The notes below the pieces were generated by a model. The model worked only from the letters and a program-made list of their open reading frames with translations. It had not been told where the DNA came from and made no database searches. A program made the position numbers and the translations under genes. Of a stretch of DNA of 64,000 nt, positions 13,344 through 27,061 are shown piece after piece. Source of the stretch: Mustelus asterias (Eukaryota); NCBI RefSeq assembly GCF_964213995.1, contig NC_135817.1, positions 44,330,001 to 44,394,000 on the forward strand, in the 5' to 3' direction. Numbering within the stretch: position 1 is the first letter of the stretch; each line of letters starts with the position of its first letter.

Positions 13344-14906
13344 GTGTGAACAAAGCCACGTAAAAATGTAATTATGTCAGTTTTGCCAAAGTGATCTTTT
13401 TTTAAAAATCCCTTGATGAATAAGGGGGCATAAATCCTTGATCCTCTCTACATACTCCTGCTGTAACTCTGGTGAGAAGGTGATGGAAAGCCTACAAATT
13501 AGATCAGGACTTAGATATGCCTTACATCAGATATTCAAGGAGCCTTTGTTTGGGATGGAGCTTCCATTCACTCCAAACAAAGGCTCTGGCATGGAGAAGG
13601 TGGGAAGTCCACGCACTTGTTTCTCTACCTCTGACCTCTCAGAAACATAATGCCTCTTTGAAAGGGAGTGAAGCAAGAAGATGAAGGCGTAGCCTAACTT
13701 CTCACAAAATGGACTGCAGAGGACAGATTTAAATGCCTTTTAGGGGAGGGAAAATAACTCTCAGGTATCAAGGCTGCATTTTCCAGCCTGATCTGGCAGG
13801 CTGGGATGTATTTCTGGAAGGACTGCCGCTGACTATTTGTCTGTAGCTGATGCGACTTGGTACTGACTTCTAGTCAGTGAACCTGCTCCTGACATAATTG
13901 TCAAGAATGCTAATTTAGCAACTTCAGAACATAAATAGGTAACTAGGCTTGCACTTTTATAGACAGTCCTTACCCATTTTAACTGGTTACAAACAGTTAT
14001 TTTCTCAATTAACTACTGACAAGAATTACTTTTAAAAACATAGCATTTGACTGCATGGAAGGACTCCATTTGGTCCATCATACATGTGCTCATCTACTGA
14101 AAGAGTGATTCACTGTTTTTCATTTCATTGTTCTCTTCCAATATTCTGTTACTTTAATAAATTGTTCACTTTCCTTTTAAAAGCTAATATACATCTTGTT
14201 TATACCACTGGTAGGGTACCCAACTTTCCAACAACTCTGCATTAAAAAATCCTAATCTTTCTCTTGGTTCTTTTGGTGATCAGCTTACTTTCTGCCCTCT
14301 AGCTACCGAGTCACTAATCAGAGGAAGTCATTTTTCCGTATTTACACCATTAAGACTCTTCAGTATTTTGAATACTGATCTAGCTCCTTCTCCCAGTTTC
14401 TCTAGCCTCGCATCTCTGGTAACATCTGAATGAATCACCTGTGGTGGAGACAAAGGGCACCCAAATCTGAATACAATATTCAAACTGAAACCTAATCAAT
14501 GACTCATTTATATTTAGTGTTACCACTTTGCCCATGTACTATGTGTCCATATTTATAAAAACTAGGATGTCAAATGTTTCTTTTTCATTATTCCCAATTT
14601 GCCTTCCCAGTTTTAAAAATGTGTCTGTCTGCTTCTTTAATTTTTTAAATAATTTTAGTGTTTAGTAAGTTTATTTGTCTTTCTTTCCCTCCTTATTTCC
14701 ATTTTTATAATACATATTCTTTCTTCAAAGATGTATCAGTTCACACTGCTCCCTATTCAATTTCGTCCAACAACTATCTGCCTAAATTAATGATCGGTAG
14801 TCTTCTTGAAACTGCACAGGCTGGGAATTTCCTCCGAACTGCTACCATTTCCCTCTCCAGATTTAACTGGATGTGTCACAGAAACCCTATTTACATTTGT
14901 AAACAG

Positions 14907-14984
14907 AAGTTGACTCTGCAGTTCCAGCCAAGCTACAGTGGGAGATTGTATTCTGACTATTCTGTGAATGAATCTCAGAAATGA
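14907..14984 (+). CDS. Candidate terminal exon of gene 1
   Basis: Acceptor tttgtaaacag|, phase 0 KLTLQFQPSYSGRLYSDYSVNESQK*, compatible with the phase-0 donor at 13331; AATAAA near 15792. The donor is weak. Confidence 0.35.
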   Translation, partial: KLTLQFQPSYSGRLYSDYSVNESQK

Positions 14985-15309
14985 TGAAAGTTGTGTGTTT
15001 TTTTAAGTGAGTGGAAATTTGGCAAAGGGAATTGGGTTGGGGCAAGTTTGCAGTAAGTGGACACCTTTTTAGGGAGGGACAGTTCTTTGGCAAGAAAGCC
15101 TGTGCCATCTGTGTTTAAATATCAGGGAGGGTAGGGAAGTATATATCTCTTTGCTAAACTGTAATATTTGTTCTCTGAATGACTAAAGCTAAAGAGATAA
15201 AATGAGACACAAAAAGGAATATGTGACAAATGTCAGGTTCCAAACAAAATTGAGAATCAAGCTGAATATGAAAAGTACTGATAAGATCTTAAGAAAAATG
15301 AATGAGAGG

Positions 15310-15680
15310 CAATTAAAGGCATTTGTTAAAGGACAGAAAGCACAGAGTAGTGGTGAATGGTTGTTTTTCTGATGGGGTGGGAGGGGGGGGAGATGGAAAA
15401 TTGGGGGGTGGGCGTTGTTGGGTTGGGAATGTATACAGTGTTATTCCCCAGAAGTTGGTATTCGAACCACTGCTCTTTCTGATAGATATTAATGACATGG
15501 ACTTAGGAAATGAGGGCATCATTTAAAATTTTGCAATGATGCAAAACTTGGAAATGTAGTAAACGATGAGGAGGTTAGTAGCAGACTACAAGGAGACATA
15601 GACAAACCAATGAAACATGGCAGATTGATGTTAATACAGAAAAATGTAAAGTGATATATTTAGGTAGCATTATGAGGATG
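15310..15680 (+). mobile_element. Decayed CR1 RT fragment
   Basis: RKHRVVVNGCFSD...VIPQKLVFEPLLFLIDINDMD...KF motif. Confidence 0.7.
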
Positions 15681-15922
15681 TACATTTTTGTAAAAAAAAC
15701 ATTTTTCATTCTCCTTGTTCTGGCTGGATTAAAAAGAACAAATTGTAATTTCTTTGCTAAATAGTAATGTTTGTTCATCTATCTTGCGTAAATAAAACCC
15801 TTTATTGGTTCAAGGCTCATGACTCTTGTTGTGCTTTTCAGTATATTTGTTGCAAGAAAGAGAGAGATAGATTCATGTAGTAGCCTGTAGTATACCTTTC
15901 AAATTCTCTCTCAACTTTCAAT

Positions 15923-16373
15923 CCCCACTCGTCCCAGTCGATTACTGGTTGCAGAGTGCTCAGTGTTTCCCCTTTCCCGCTGATCCCAGTTGCAGAGTGC
16001 ACAGTATTCCCCCAACCTCTTCCCCTTAGGCCCTGCCCCCTCAGGCTCCACCCCAATCGCACTACCCAGTGCCCAATGGGCACTGCCAGGTGGGCAGTGC
16101 CAAGGTGCCAGGCTGGCACTGCCCAACGGGCAACCCCTGCCCCCAACTTTCCAGGGTGGCCTCAATGGCCTCCAGTCCTACTGGTGAGGCCTTCATCCCT
16201 GGTTCCCGTTGATGGGGACCATACATGATCCTTGCCGGTGAGTACCTTCACCGGCAAGGCCTCTAAGACAAGTGAGCCCAGATGATTGCATCCCAGGCTC
16301 ACTTGTAATATTTAAATTCTATTTTTAATTGAATTTAAATATTATAATCAGCCTCGCACCATTATTGGGCATG
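15923..16373 (+). repeat. Near-identical local copy of ~17049-17498
   Basis: ~450 bp with about 5 substitutions by eye; bracketed by the direct repeat gcctgtagtata (15883-15894, 16381-16392). Confidence 0.85.
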
Positions 16374-16399
16374 ATATTGGGCCTGTAGTATATGCTAGT

Positions 16400-18084
16400 T
16401 TGAAATACATGGCCTGGTTTTTGTCAAGAATTCTGGCAATGGACCTAATTGGATCTCAGGAATTGTGGTGGCCACGACTGGTCCACTGTCCTGTGAGGTG
16501 ACAATGCAGGACAAGTTTGTGAAGAGACACATAATTCATTTGCGGAGGCAAAAGCCACCCCAAGAGCCAGTGTTACTGTCTGATCCACTAGTGTCATCAA
16601 GTAGTGTTGTTGTTTGTCCAAGGGAAGAAGTGACTGATCAGCCAAAGTGCTGTTCCCAATGAAACTGAAGAAAGTGAGACACAGGGGGCAATCTTACCAA
16701 AAAAAATTGAAAGTGCCGAATACACGCGCAAACAGAAATCACACTGATTCTTTGGGCAAGTTAAAATCCAATTTTACCACACCCTGAGGGAAAAAATGAA
16801 GCAAGATCTGTTTCCCGCCAGCAAGGGGATGGGGTGGAGCCTAAGCTTACCCAAAAGCCAGCTTACTGCAGAGGGTGCTATTGCACATGCGTAGATCTCT
16901 CTGTTCTGTGCAACAGGGATCTGTCACTGCCTCCCCCCAGAAATCTCTGGTCTCTGCAGCTGATTGCCTCCCCCTCCGCATGGGCTGGCCAATGGCCTCC
17001 CTCACATGGGTCGACAAATCACCTCCCCCCCCCCCCCACCTCCCACCCCCCACTCGTCCCAGTCGATTACTGGTTGCAGAGTGCTCAGTGTTTCCCCTTT
17101 CCCGCTGATCCCAGTTGCAGAGTGCACAGTATTCCCCCAACCGCTTCCCCTTAGGCCCTGCCCCCTCAGGCTCCATCCCATTCGCACTACCCAGTGCTCA
17201 ATGGGCACTGCCAGGTGGGCAGTGCCAAGGTGCCAGGCTGGCACTGCCCAACGGGCAACCCCTGCCCCCAACTTTCCAGGGTGGCCTCAATGGCCTCCAG
17301 TCCTACTGGTGAGGCCTTCATGCCTGGTTCCCGTTGATGGGGACCATACATGATCCTTGCCGGTGAGTACCTTCACCGGCAAGGCCTCTAAGACAAGTGA
17401 GCCCAGATGATTGCATCCCAGGCTCACTTGTAATATTTAAATTCTATTTTTAATTGAATTTAAATATTATAATCAGCCTCGCACCATTATTGGGCATGAG
17501 GCTGATCTCGCCGGATATCTGGTGCTGGTAAGATCGTGAGAGGTGAGAAATCAGGCGCGAACCTGATTTTTTGGCTCTCTCGCGATCTTACTGGCTCGCC
17601 CCACCCATGAACTGGAAGGGCAAGATAATAAGATCGCTCCAAGAGATTGCAGAGGAGAGTCCTCATGAAACAAGCTCAACCAAAGCTACCCCTACAGTCG
17701 AACCACAACCAGTTGAGCTATGTTGCTCTCAATAGAAAGAGAAAGTCCCCTGACAGACTGAACATCTGATAAACTGTGTTGAAAGTGTTTCTCAGTTCTA
17801 ATGTTTTGAAAATTCCATAAACTATTTACGTATTGTATAATAAGGGACTTAAAGGAGGGAGCCTGTACAGCTGGCCCCTTTAAAGGGTGTACACCAGGAA
17901 GGTTATGTAACCCAATGGGGAATGAGCATGGCATCTCAGAGTACGAGCTTTTGCAGCCAGAGTAGATCTTAGAGCTGGAAATGTTAACATTGTGAAAGTT
18001 CTCTGTATATTCATTTGCTTGTAAATAAACCATGATACTTCGTTATATACTAACTGATGGTCGCCAATCCTTCCAATTACTACA
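16400..18084 (+). mobile_element. Decayed gypsy integrase C-terminus, PPT and 3' LTR, split by a TIR element
   Basis: VFVKNSGNGPNWISGIVVATTGPLSCEV...KRHIIHLR (16410-16545); RKRKSPDRLNI* end near 17769; PPT aaaggaggga; LTR tg(17864)...ca(18084) with AATAAA. Confidence 0.65.
16685..17640. mobile_element. Non-autonomous DNA transposon (Harbinger-like TIRs)
   Basis: Starts ggggcaatcttacc, ends taagatcgctcc; GC-rich non-coding body that interrupts the gypsy remnant. Confidence 0.6.
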
Positions 18085-19777
18085 GGGACCGTGACTCCAC
18101 ACTGATTGGAGATCATATGATATAGTGTCCATCTTGGCTTCCTGTTAAAGATATCGCAGAAAATTTAGACTGCTCTTCAGGGACATCTTCTGAAACAGAC
18201 TGAATTCCATCAGAGAGAGCTAAAAGCAAAGCCATCTGCTTGCTGTAGTCAATTAGTGCCTGACCACAGTACTTTGGGGAAACAAGGGGGAAAACTTTCC
18301 TGTACCATCCGCCACAGGAATCATAGCGGCAGAGGGGCGGACCATGGAAAGGTCCGTTGACCTCGTGTGGGATTTTTTGATTTTGGGGCGAGTGTGGCTG
18401 GAAAATCCCACCCAAGGACTCTCTCCTCTACCCTGTTCCAGTTTTCAAGCCTACCTGAGAAGTCAGTCTCTAGCAGATCAACTTTAGGGATCATCACAGC
18501 TGCTAAGATACCTTTTCAAAGCCTTCATTTCAGACAACGTAACAATGTGATGATGAAACAACGGGCCTGCACTGAACCAGAGACTAAATTAAAGTCCATT
18601 TTCACTCCTACATAGTTTTGTATGAGAATGTGAGTGTGAGAGTGAGTGAGACACTGGCCCACAACTTCTGTTTATCGGCAGGAAGCCATGGCCAGCTGAA
18701 ACTAAGACAAACAAGTACAGACTTAAACTGTATTCAAAGAATGCAAAGAAACTTTCGTTTCCACCAGCAATGTTGGGTCTCCATCGGGACAGTCTCACAG
18801 GCCCAAGCGGAGCACGGTTTCAGAATCACCATGCCCCCTTTGTGACAGGGGAACAAAGGGAATGCCCATTGAGCACAGAGATTTAAACAGCAGCAACATA
18901 GACGAAGCAACATGACTGACAGCTGTTATAAAGGTATTTTGAAGGTTTTTCAAACTTTTTTGTGTTCTTTATTTTGAACAGACAATATGATCGTATTTGG
19001 TTATTTTAAAGTGTAGTTTTACTTTATACGATTGACGATGATTATCATTTAATATTTAGAAGTGGATATAGATTGTGTTATTTGTTTTAAATCTGATAAT
19101 ACTATTTAAATCTACACTATGTCATTATGTAACTTGTTTACAGTTGCTGCTGGGCAAGATGCATTGCCATCAGGGTTGCAGGAAGTTACGTCACAAGGAT
19201 GGGGAAGGGTCCACCGGTGATGCAGGAGGAATTAGGGTCCCTCTCCTCTCCCACCAACACTGCTACCTCTACTTCAGCCAGCCCTCCTCTTATGCAGGCT
19301 CCTTTTCAAATTGCTCCGTGCCGCTAGCTACGCACTTGTTGTAAGGTGTATGATGTAACATCTGTTTTTATCAGTTGTAGATTTCTTCTTTGATTATTTC
19401 AATTATGTTATTCAGTTATAATTATCTCCTATTTAAATGTTGTATTTTGATGTCTCAATGAGATATTCGTAGAATTTCAAATTTTAATGTTGAGTTCTGA
19501 TGTTTCAATAAATCATTTGTAGAATTTCGTAAACTTTAATGTCAAATATTTATTAACTAAAATAACGTTATAAATACAAAAATTTGATACCAGACTGACA
19601 TTTAGCTTAATGTTTAACTTTAGCACCTGCAGTTTGACATTTCATTGAGTAACTATCTCAACTGTTCCAAATTTCTTGCATTAAAATATATTATTTTACT
19701 TTAACACAATGCTTAATAAAACATTTTTTATTGAATTTTAAATTAATAAAATGGTTCTGTTGTCTTTTTGTAAACAG

Positions 19778-19955
19778 GGAGTTAAGGGAGGGGAGGGGAC
19801 AGAGGGAGTGGAGAGAGGGACGGGGAGGGAGGGGAATCAGGGAGGGAAGGGAATGGGTGAGGGAAGGGAATGAGTGAGGGAAGGAAGGTAATGAGGGAGG
19901 GAATGATGGAGGGATGGAAGGAAATGAGAGATGGAGACAGGGAAGGAGAGAAGGA
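19778..19955 (+). repeat. Purine-rich (GGGA-type) low-complexity tract
   Basis: agggagggg/gggaa runs. Confidence 0.85.
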
Positions 19956-20614
19956 TATAACATTAATTTTGGAAGCTCAATGTCCCATAAGCAGCAATCT
20001 CACACAATCTCGAGATCAAGTTTTCAATCTGCACTCTATTCTGGAATACCTATCAAAGAGTTAGTTCACATGAGCTTCCTAGAGGCTTGCATATGCCATC
20101 TTAAGGATTACACTTTCCTAAAGCATTTGAAATAGCCAAGTTGCATATTTTTCGCTGTAAATACAGCTCATCTCGCCCTATATCTTAAAAGACTCCTAAG
20201 GATCAACATTGCATCAAGGAGACTCTTAAAATTGGAATAAACTACACTATCTAAAATACATAGCAAAATCCAAATGAACTTTAGCTGAAACTTATTACAG
20301 ACACCTCAAACCCACTTTGTTACATATGAAAGTACTGTTTAATGGAATTAACAGCAGGGTGCCATGATAAAGTTGAAAAAATGAAAAATATACCTTTCTT
20401 TCATTTTCTGTGCATTATGTATATTTTAAACATCTTTTAAACACATTTACAAAAAAATTAACCTACCTAAAGAATATCTCCGATATATCTGTTGCTTCTA
20501 CTCACTGCAGCTAGAGCAGTAAAAATGTGTGCAAACAAATAGCTCTAATTGCTCACCTATCATCAGGGCAAGTAAGCAAAGTTAGCGCTGTCCCATCACT
20601 TTTAATCAAGGCAC

Positions 20615-21026
20615 TGTTGTAGGTAAATAAAACCTCTGACACTATTAGTGGATCAAAGTGCAGGTTTATTTTCACAATTGTGGGAGAAGTGAGGTTCCTA
20701 ACAGTGGACCCCCAGCCTTCTCATCAAATATGAGTTAAGAACAGAGTTTTATACCTCTCGGTATACAGATCCCGCTGTATGAGCAATCTCCAAAGCCGCG
20801 ATCGTTCGTCATTGCCTTGAAACAATATCACAGGTTTTGCACAAACAAGTTAATCTGATATACATTCAGGAGACAACGGTTTTCCCTTATCTGCCCCGAA
20901 TGTAAGAAAGAATGAATTCTAACCAAAACAATGAATTCTACAGCACTTCTCATACAAGCTCTAAATATCACAGAGGTCACTTTGACACTTTGAGTTTTGA
21001 AGTTTATTAACCCATTCCCGACTTCA
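20615..21026 (-). mobile_element. Solo LTR related to the ERV-B LTR
   Basis: Shares the tgttgtaggt...cctctgacactattagtggatc start and cccattcccg.cttca end with the ERV-B LTRs; 4-bp TSD gcac. Confidence 0.9.
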
Positions 21027-21839
21027 GCACTTCAGCACAGCGCTTCAATCCCAACAGCTATATAAAAAAACTAGCGGTTTGAATGCAGCATGCTTTTATT
21101 GAGCATGTCCATCTGTCAGGACTTCCATATAGTCCCGACGCACATGTGCAGCATGAGATTTGTGTGCACCAGGATTCAGGACTGAAGTTAGGGGCCATTG
21201 TCTTTTTTATTAACCTCCTGGGCAAAGGTGTGGAGAAATAAAATAACCTTTCCCTTTCAAATAAAAAAACCAGCTTGCTGCTGGGTTATTTAAGCTGACT
21301 CAGTCACTCTGAGGATAAGAAATATACATATTCTCATACAAATATATTTGATCATGGGCAATATAAGATATTACCTTAAAACTATCCATAATCACCTTCA
21401 TATTTACCTTTGCTTTCCGTAAGCATCATGTTTTGGGAAGGATGGCCAAGTTTTGGAAGGGGCACAGAAAAGAATTATTAGAATGGTACCAGAGATAATT
21501 TATATGTAGAGATTGGAAGATCTGTGATTATCCTTGCAGCAGTGAAGATCAAGAGATTTGATAAAGGTGTCCAAAGTCATGAATGGTTTTATTAGAGTAA
21601 ATAAGGAGTAAATGATTCTCGTGGCAGAAGTGTGGGTAGCCAAAGGACACAGTTGGCTGAAGAAGCAGAGATAACATGGGGAGATAAAAGCAGATTCAAT
21701 AGTAATTTTCCAATAATTACTTGATAGTCAATGGGGAAAAAGCAGAGGTATGGGACTAATTGGATGACTTTTCCAAAGAGCCATATAGGCATGATGGATC
21801 AAATGACCTCCATCTGTACTGTATCATTCTGTAATAGCA

Positions 21840-24000
21840 TAAGAAATAGGAGCAGAAGTAAGCCATACTGTCCCTCAATCCAGCTCTACTATTCAATAAG
21901 ATCACAGTTGATCTTTCAATTCAACTAACCTTTCCACATTCTCTTCAAATACTCAATAATTGAAATGTATTCTAACCTCAGTCCTAAATGGTCAACCTAT
22001 TGTTTGAGTTCATAACAATTAGTTCTATGTTCCTCAGCCAGGGGAAACATCCTCCCAGCATCTACCTTGTCAAGCCCTTTAAGAAATATCTTTGTTTTGA
22101 GATTACCTCTCATTCTTCTAGAATCTAGAGAATATAAATTTAGTCTACTCAATCTCTCCTCATAGGATAACCCTCCTATTTCATAAGACCATAAGACCAT
22201 AAGATATAGGAGCAGAATTAGGCCACTCGACCCTTCGAGTCTGCTCCGCCATTCAATCATGGCTGACATTTTTCTCATCCCCATTCTCCTGCCTTTTCCC
22301 CATAACCCCTGATCCCCTTATTAATCAAGAACCTATATTTCTCTGTCTTAAAGACACTCAATGACCAGGCCTCTACAACCTTCTGCGGCAAAGAGTTCCA
22401 CAGATTCATCACTCTCTGGCTGAAGAAATTCTTCTCCATCTCTGCTTTAAAGGATCGTGCCTTTAGCCTGAGGTTGTGCCCTCTGATTCTAGTTTTTCCT
22501 ACTAGTGGAAACATCCTCTCCACATCCACTCTATCCAGGCCTCATAGTATCCTGTAAGTTTCAATAAGATCCCCCCCCTCATCCTTCTAAACTCCAACGA
22601 GTACAGACCCAGAGTCCTCAACCATTCCTCATACGACAGGCTCTTCATTCCAGGGGTCATTCTTGTGACCCGCCTCTGGACGCTTTCCAAGGCCAGCACA
22701 TCCTTCCTTAGATATGGGGCCAAAACTACTCACAATACTCCAAATGGGGTCTGACCAGAGCCTTATACAGCCTTAGAAGTACATCCCTGCTCTTGTATTT
22801 TAGCCCTCTCGACATGAATGCTAACATTGCATTTGCCTTCCTAACTGCTGCTGACTCAACCTGCATGTTAACCTTAAGAGAATCTTGAACAAGCACTCCA
22901 AAGTCCTTTTGTGCTTCTGATTTCCTAAGCGTTTCCCCATTTGAAAAATAGTCTATGTCTCCATTCCTCCTTCCAAAGTGCATAATCTCACACTTTTTCA
23001 CATTGTATTCCATCTGCCACTATTTTGCCCACTCTCCAAACCTGTCCAAGTCCTTCTACAGCCCTCTCCTGCTTCCTCAAGACTACCTGTCCCTCTACAT
23101 ATCTTTGTATCATCTGCAAACTTAGCAACAGTGCCTTCAGTTAATTCTTCCAAATCGTTAATGTATATTGTGAAAAGTTGTGGTCCCAGCACCGACCCCT
23201 GAGGCACACCACTAGTCATCGGCTGCCATCCTGAAAAAGACTCCTTTATCCCTACTCTCTGCCTTCTGCCAGTCAACCAATCCTCTATCCATTCCAGGAT
23301 CTTACCGTTAACACCGTGAGGCTCCTAACTTATTTAACAGTCTCGTACGCGGCACCTTGTCAAAGACCTTCTGGAAATCTAAATAAATCACGTCCACTGG
23401 TTCTCCTTTATCTAACTTCCAAGTTACCTCCTCAAAGAACTAACTCAATCTAATGAATCTTCATTTCACTCCATCCTAGGCAAGAATATACTTCCTTAGG
23501 TATAGAAATCAAAGCAGCACGTAATACATAGAGGCATAAAACATGGAACACAGGAGCAGGAGGAGGCCATTCAGCTCTTCGAGCCTGCTCTGCCATACAT
23601 TATGATCATGGCTGATCATCCAACTCAATAGCCGGATCCTGCCTTCCCCCCATATCCTTTGATCCTCTCCATCTCAAGTGCTATGTCCAACTGCTTCTTG
23701 AAAACAATGTTTTGGCCTCAACTATCTTCTGTGGTAGCAAATTCCATAGACTGACCACTCTCTGGGTGAAGAAATTTCTCCTCATCTCCGTCCTAAACCC
23801 TGTATCCTCAGACTGTGACTCCTGTTTCTGGACACCCCAACATCCTTCTTGCATACCCTGTCTAGTCCTGTTAAGAGTTTTATAGGTTTCTATGAGATCC
23901 CTCTTCATTCTTCTGAACTCCAGCGAATACAATCATAACCTACTCAATCTCTCCTCATACATCAGTCCCACCATCCCATGAATCAGTCTGGTAAACCTAG
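21840..24000 (-). mobile_element. Nested CR1 LINE fragments (younger copy ~22186-23440)
   Basis: Minus ORFs contain GVPQGSVLGPQLF, KFADDTK, LVRPHLEYC and RVMNLWNSLP. Confidence 0.9.
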
Positions 24001-24004
24001 TTTA

Positions 24005-24407
24005 GTTTAGTTATTAGTGTCATAAGTAAGCTTACATTGCAATGAAGTTACTGTGAAAATCCCCTAGTTGCCACACTCCAGTGCCTGTTCGGGTACACAG
24101 AGAGAATTTAGCATGGCCAATGCACCTAACCAGCAAATCTTTCAGACTGTGGGAGGAAACCGTAGCACCTGGAGAAAACCCACACAGACACAGGGAGAAT
24201 GTGCAAAATCCACACAGACAGTGACCCAAGCCGGGAATCAAACCCAGGTCCTTGGTCATCAGTAGATTCTTGATTCCAATTTTTTTTTTCATTGAATTCA
24301 AATTCTGCCATCTGCCGTAGCGGGATTCGAGCCCAGGTCCCCAGAATATTAGTTGAGTTCCTGGATTAATAGTCTAGTGATAATACCACGAGGCCATCGC
24401 CTGCCCA
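24005..24407 (-). mobile_element. V-SINE plus a second tRNA-derived SINE fragment
   Basis: 24005-24255 matches the 5253-5552 SINE; 24270-24407 has a gggctcgaatccc B box on the minus strand. Confidence 0.7.
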
Positions 24408-25431
24408 GTTCCTCTATATTGTTTTTTAGAGACCAGAATTAGGCAGAGTATTTAAAACATAGTACAGCTGTAACCACAGCCATAAATATTCCTAAGCTTA
24501 TGCGTAGGTGTTTTCTAAACTCACTGTGTTCTTGGTGTTGGGCTTCATGCTAACGGTTCCGAAGATCTCTTTGCCTCACTTGACTGTCAAGTAATCCTTT
24601 TTCCTTATTCTATAATTCTAATGTTGCTACACGGAGGGAAGCCATTCAACCCACTTTGCCTATGCTGGCTCTTTGATAGAACCACTCAATAAATTCCTGA
24701 ATACCATACCACTAAGTGCTGCTTTGATGTAAATGACAGTATTGTCCTGAGACACCACTTGGTGGCATCCTCATGACATGTGCTAATGTTGAACAATAAT
24801 GACTGTAGCAACTGTCACACCACTAGGTGACACTTTTCCTCACAAATGATTCAAAATCTTTCTTCAAGCACTTCAATCACTAAATTTCAGATGTTCAAAA
24901 TAAGCTTTTAAACAAAATAACAAAAAGAAAAGATACACATTTCATAACAACTTCTTTGCATTCATCTCTAAATTATATTTTCTCTTGTTCAATGTCTTAC
25001 TTGAAGTTTGGATTTGAAGGAAATAGCCTTACTCCAAAACAAGGCTTGAATTTCCTCAAAGATACGCAATGCAAATGACTGTCAGTTATCTTCCATTCCT
25101 ACATTTGAACATGTTTATTAATTACTTTGCATTGACCCAAATGAGTTTCCAAAGGGATTGATGGTATTGGACATGTTTTTGAAGTTTCACTAACTTATAT
25201 TGTTAACACAAGTATAATCAGGAACATGCCAGAAGCAGAGCACAAAACAGAGAGGAAACTTTGTGGCATTGTAATAGACAAGAGCAGGAACTATACAAGT
25301 TTGTAGTTAGGGTTCCAGTGGTTTAAGCAATGGTTCTGCTACCTTGACTGCTCAGGAGCAGCCCACAGTATACATCAGAGTGGCCTAAATTGTAGTGTGA
25401 AACAATTGTTCTGTAATTCATTGCAGATAAT

Positions 25432-25801
25432 GGGCCCGATTTTACCATTACATCGCGCCTGAAAATGGGCACGAAAACTTGGTAAAGTCGTGCATGAGGC
25501 CATTAACGCGATCGCTCCCACTTTTCGCTCCCGGACCGCTTTATCTGCTTTTTGCGGCCCGGGAACACTGTGACAGGGGTGCGTTTTTCAAATTTGTTTT
25601 CTCATTGTGCATGCGCAGTTCAAAGCTCCGATCGGAGCAGCAGCATTTCAGGCGTGCTAAGCCCCGCCCACAGTGCGATTCAGATCTGCGATTTTTTTTT
25701 CAGGCTGAGTGCGTATGGGGGCACCGGAGAACAGGTTTCCCAGTTGAATCTGAATTGCGCCCAGATTCAGCACTTAGAATGAAAATGGTAAAATAGGGCC
25801 C
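25432..25801. mobile_element. MITE with TIRs and 3-bp TSD (PIF/Harbinger-like)
   Basis: TIR gggcccgattttaccatt / aatggtaaaatagggccc; TSD aat at 25429-31 and 25802-04. Confidence 0.8.
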
Positions 25802-27061
25802 AATGTCATAAAACAGCCACAGGGCAGCTTACACATCAGTACAGTTGCTTTATGAGGCCAATCAAATAATTATTGTGTTAAATACTTGATTGGTTTTTCC
25901 TCAGGGTTTCCACCAATCATCTATGTGGAAAGATGCATATAATCTGTCTATGTGTAGGCAGATAGAAGTTAACATATGTTGCGTCTGTGATACTGCAGTA
26001 ACCCTACTTTGATTGACCCTATCCTGCTGCCACCTCATTGGATATACGACATTTTAGTATGGTTGTCAGTTTTACTTCTATTGTTAATGCCATCTGAATA
26101 ATCCATCATTGCCTCCAGGATCAAACAAGCAATTGCATTGTGATTTTCCGCCTTTACAAACATTGCTCTTTGCTAAGGCCTATCTAATGGATACCTCTGC
26201 AGTACCAGCATTGCATTTGCCGATATTGACAATGCCTGCAATCACCAAGACCCTCCTCTTTAATTGTAAGAACATGTGTGGAGATATTAAAGATCAGCAT
26301 AATTTCAAATATCTTTGTGAACAGCTAAGAAAGCTTCAGAACTCAAATCAGACTCTTTGCCCATTTTGAACTGGACAACGGAGGAAATGACAATAACTTC
26401 TATTGCTGTGCCTCACAAGTTTGATGCCATGTAAAACTCGTAGTTGTCTGATTTGATTGGGCATACTCAACACATATTGGTCTAAGAAAAGAGCACTGTC
26501 CAGAATGCCTTTTATTTGGGATGGGCAAGGTAGAGGATTTCCATTATGTGCCACACATTATCTCTCCCTCCATGTAAACTGCCCAAGCCATATTCAAGGC
26601 CATCCCCTCGGCCTTGCCATCTCATATGGCCTAGCAACTCCCATAGTATCAATCACAGATAAGACCATTTCTGATCACTTCCTTGCATCACTCCCCACAC
26701 ACATCCCACTTCCATCTCTAAATCCTACTTCCGTGTCTCCTAATTAATATAAAACTGCACTTTCAGAATCCCAATTGTCTATCTTTTGGCTCTACATTCA
26801 CCATGACATATGTGCAACTTCTAATCTGCTCAACCACACTCTCACATCCACTTTCAATGCCCACACTCTGATTAAAACCATTACTTTCTTTCTCTCCCCC
26901 TTATCATTACTCTGATATGGCCTGCATTTCCATCCCCTTAAGTCCCAAAAGGCACAGACTTGAAAGGATATGGCAGCAAACTGGTTTAGCCACTCACTGC
27001 TATTTACACCTTGTCCACTTAAAGTACTATTGAGTGCTGTTCCCAGTGAAAACAATAAAAG

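Noticed and set aside
15838-17353. Cluster of overlapping GC-rich ORFs
   Set aside because: They arise from the GC-rich body of a non-coding TIR element and its local duplicate.
17640-17769. Apparent ITIM (LSYVAL) that might be a cytoplasmic exon of gene 1
   Set aside because: No good acceptor. The region is the frameshifted end of a gypsy integrase (…RKRKSPDRLNI*, compare …PPDRLNL at 28676), followed by a PPT and LTR.
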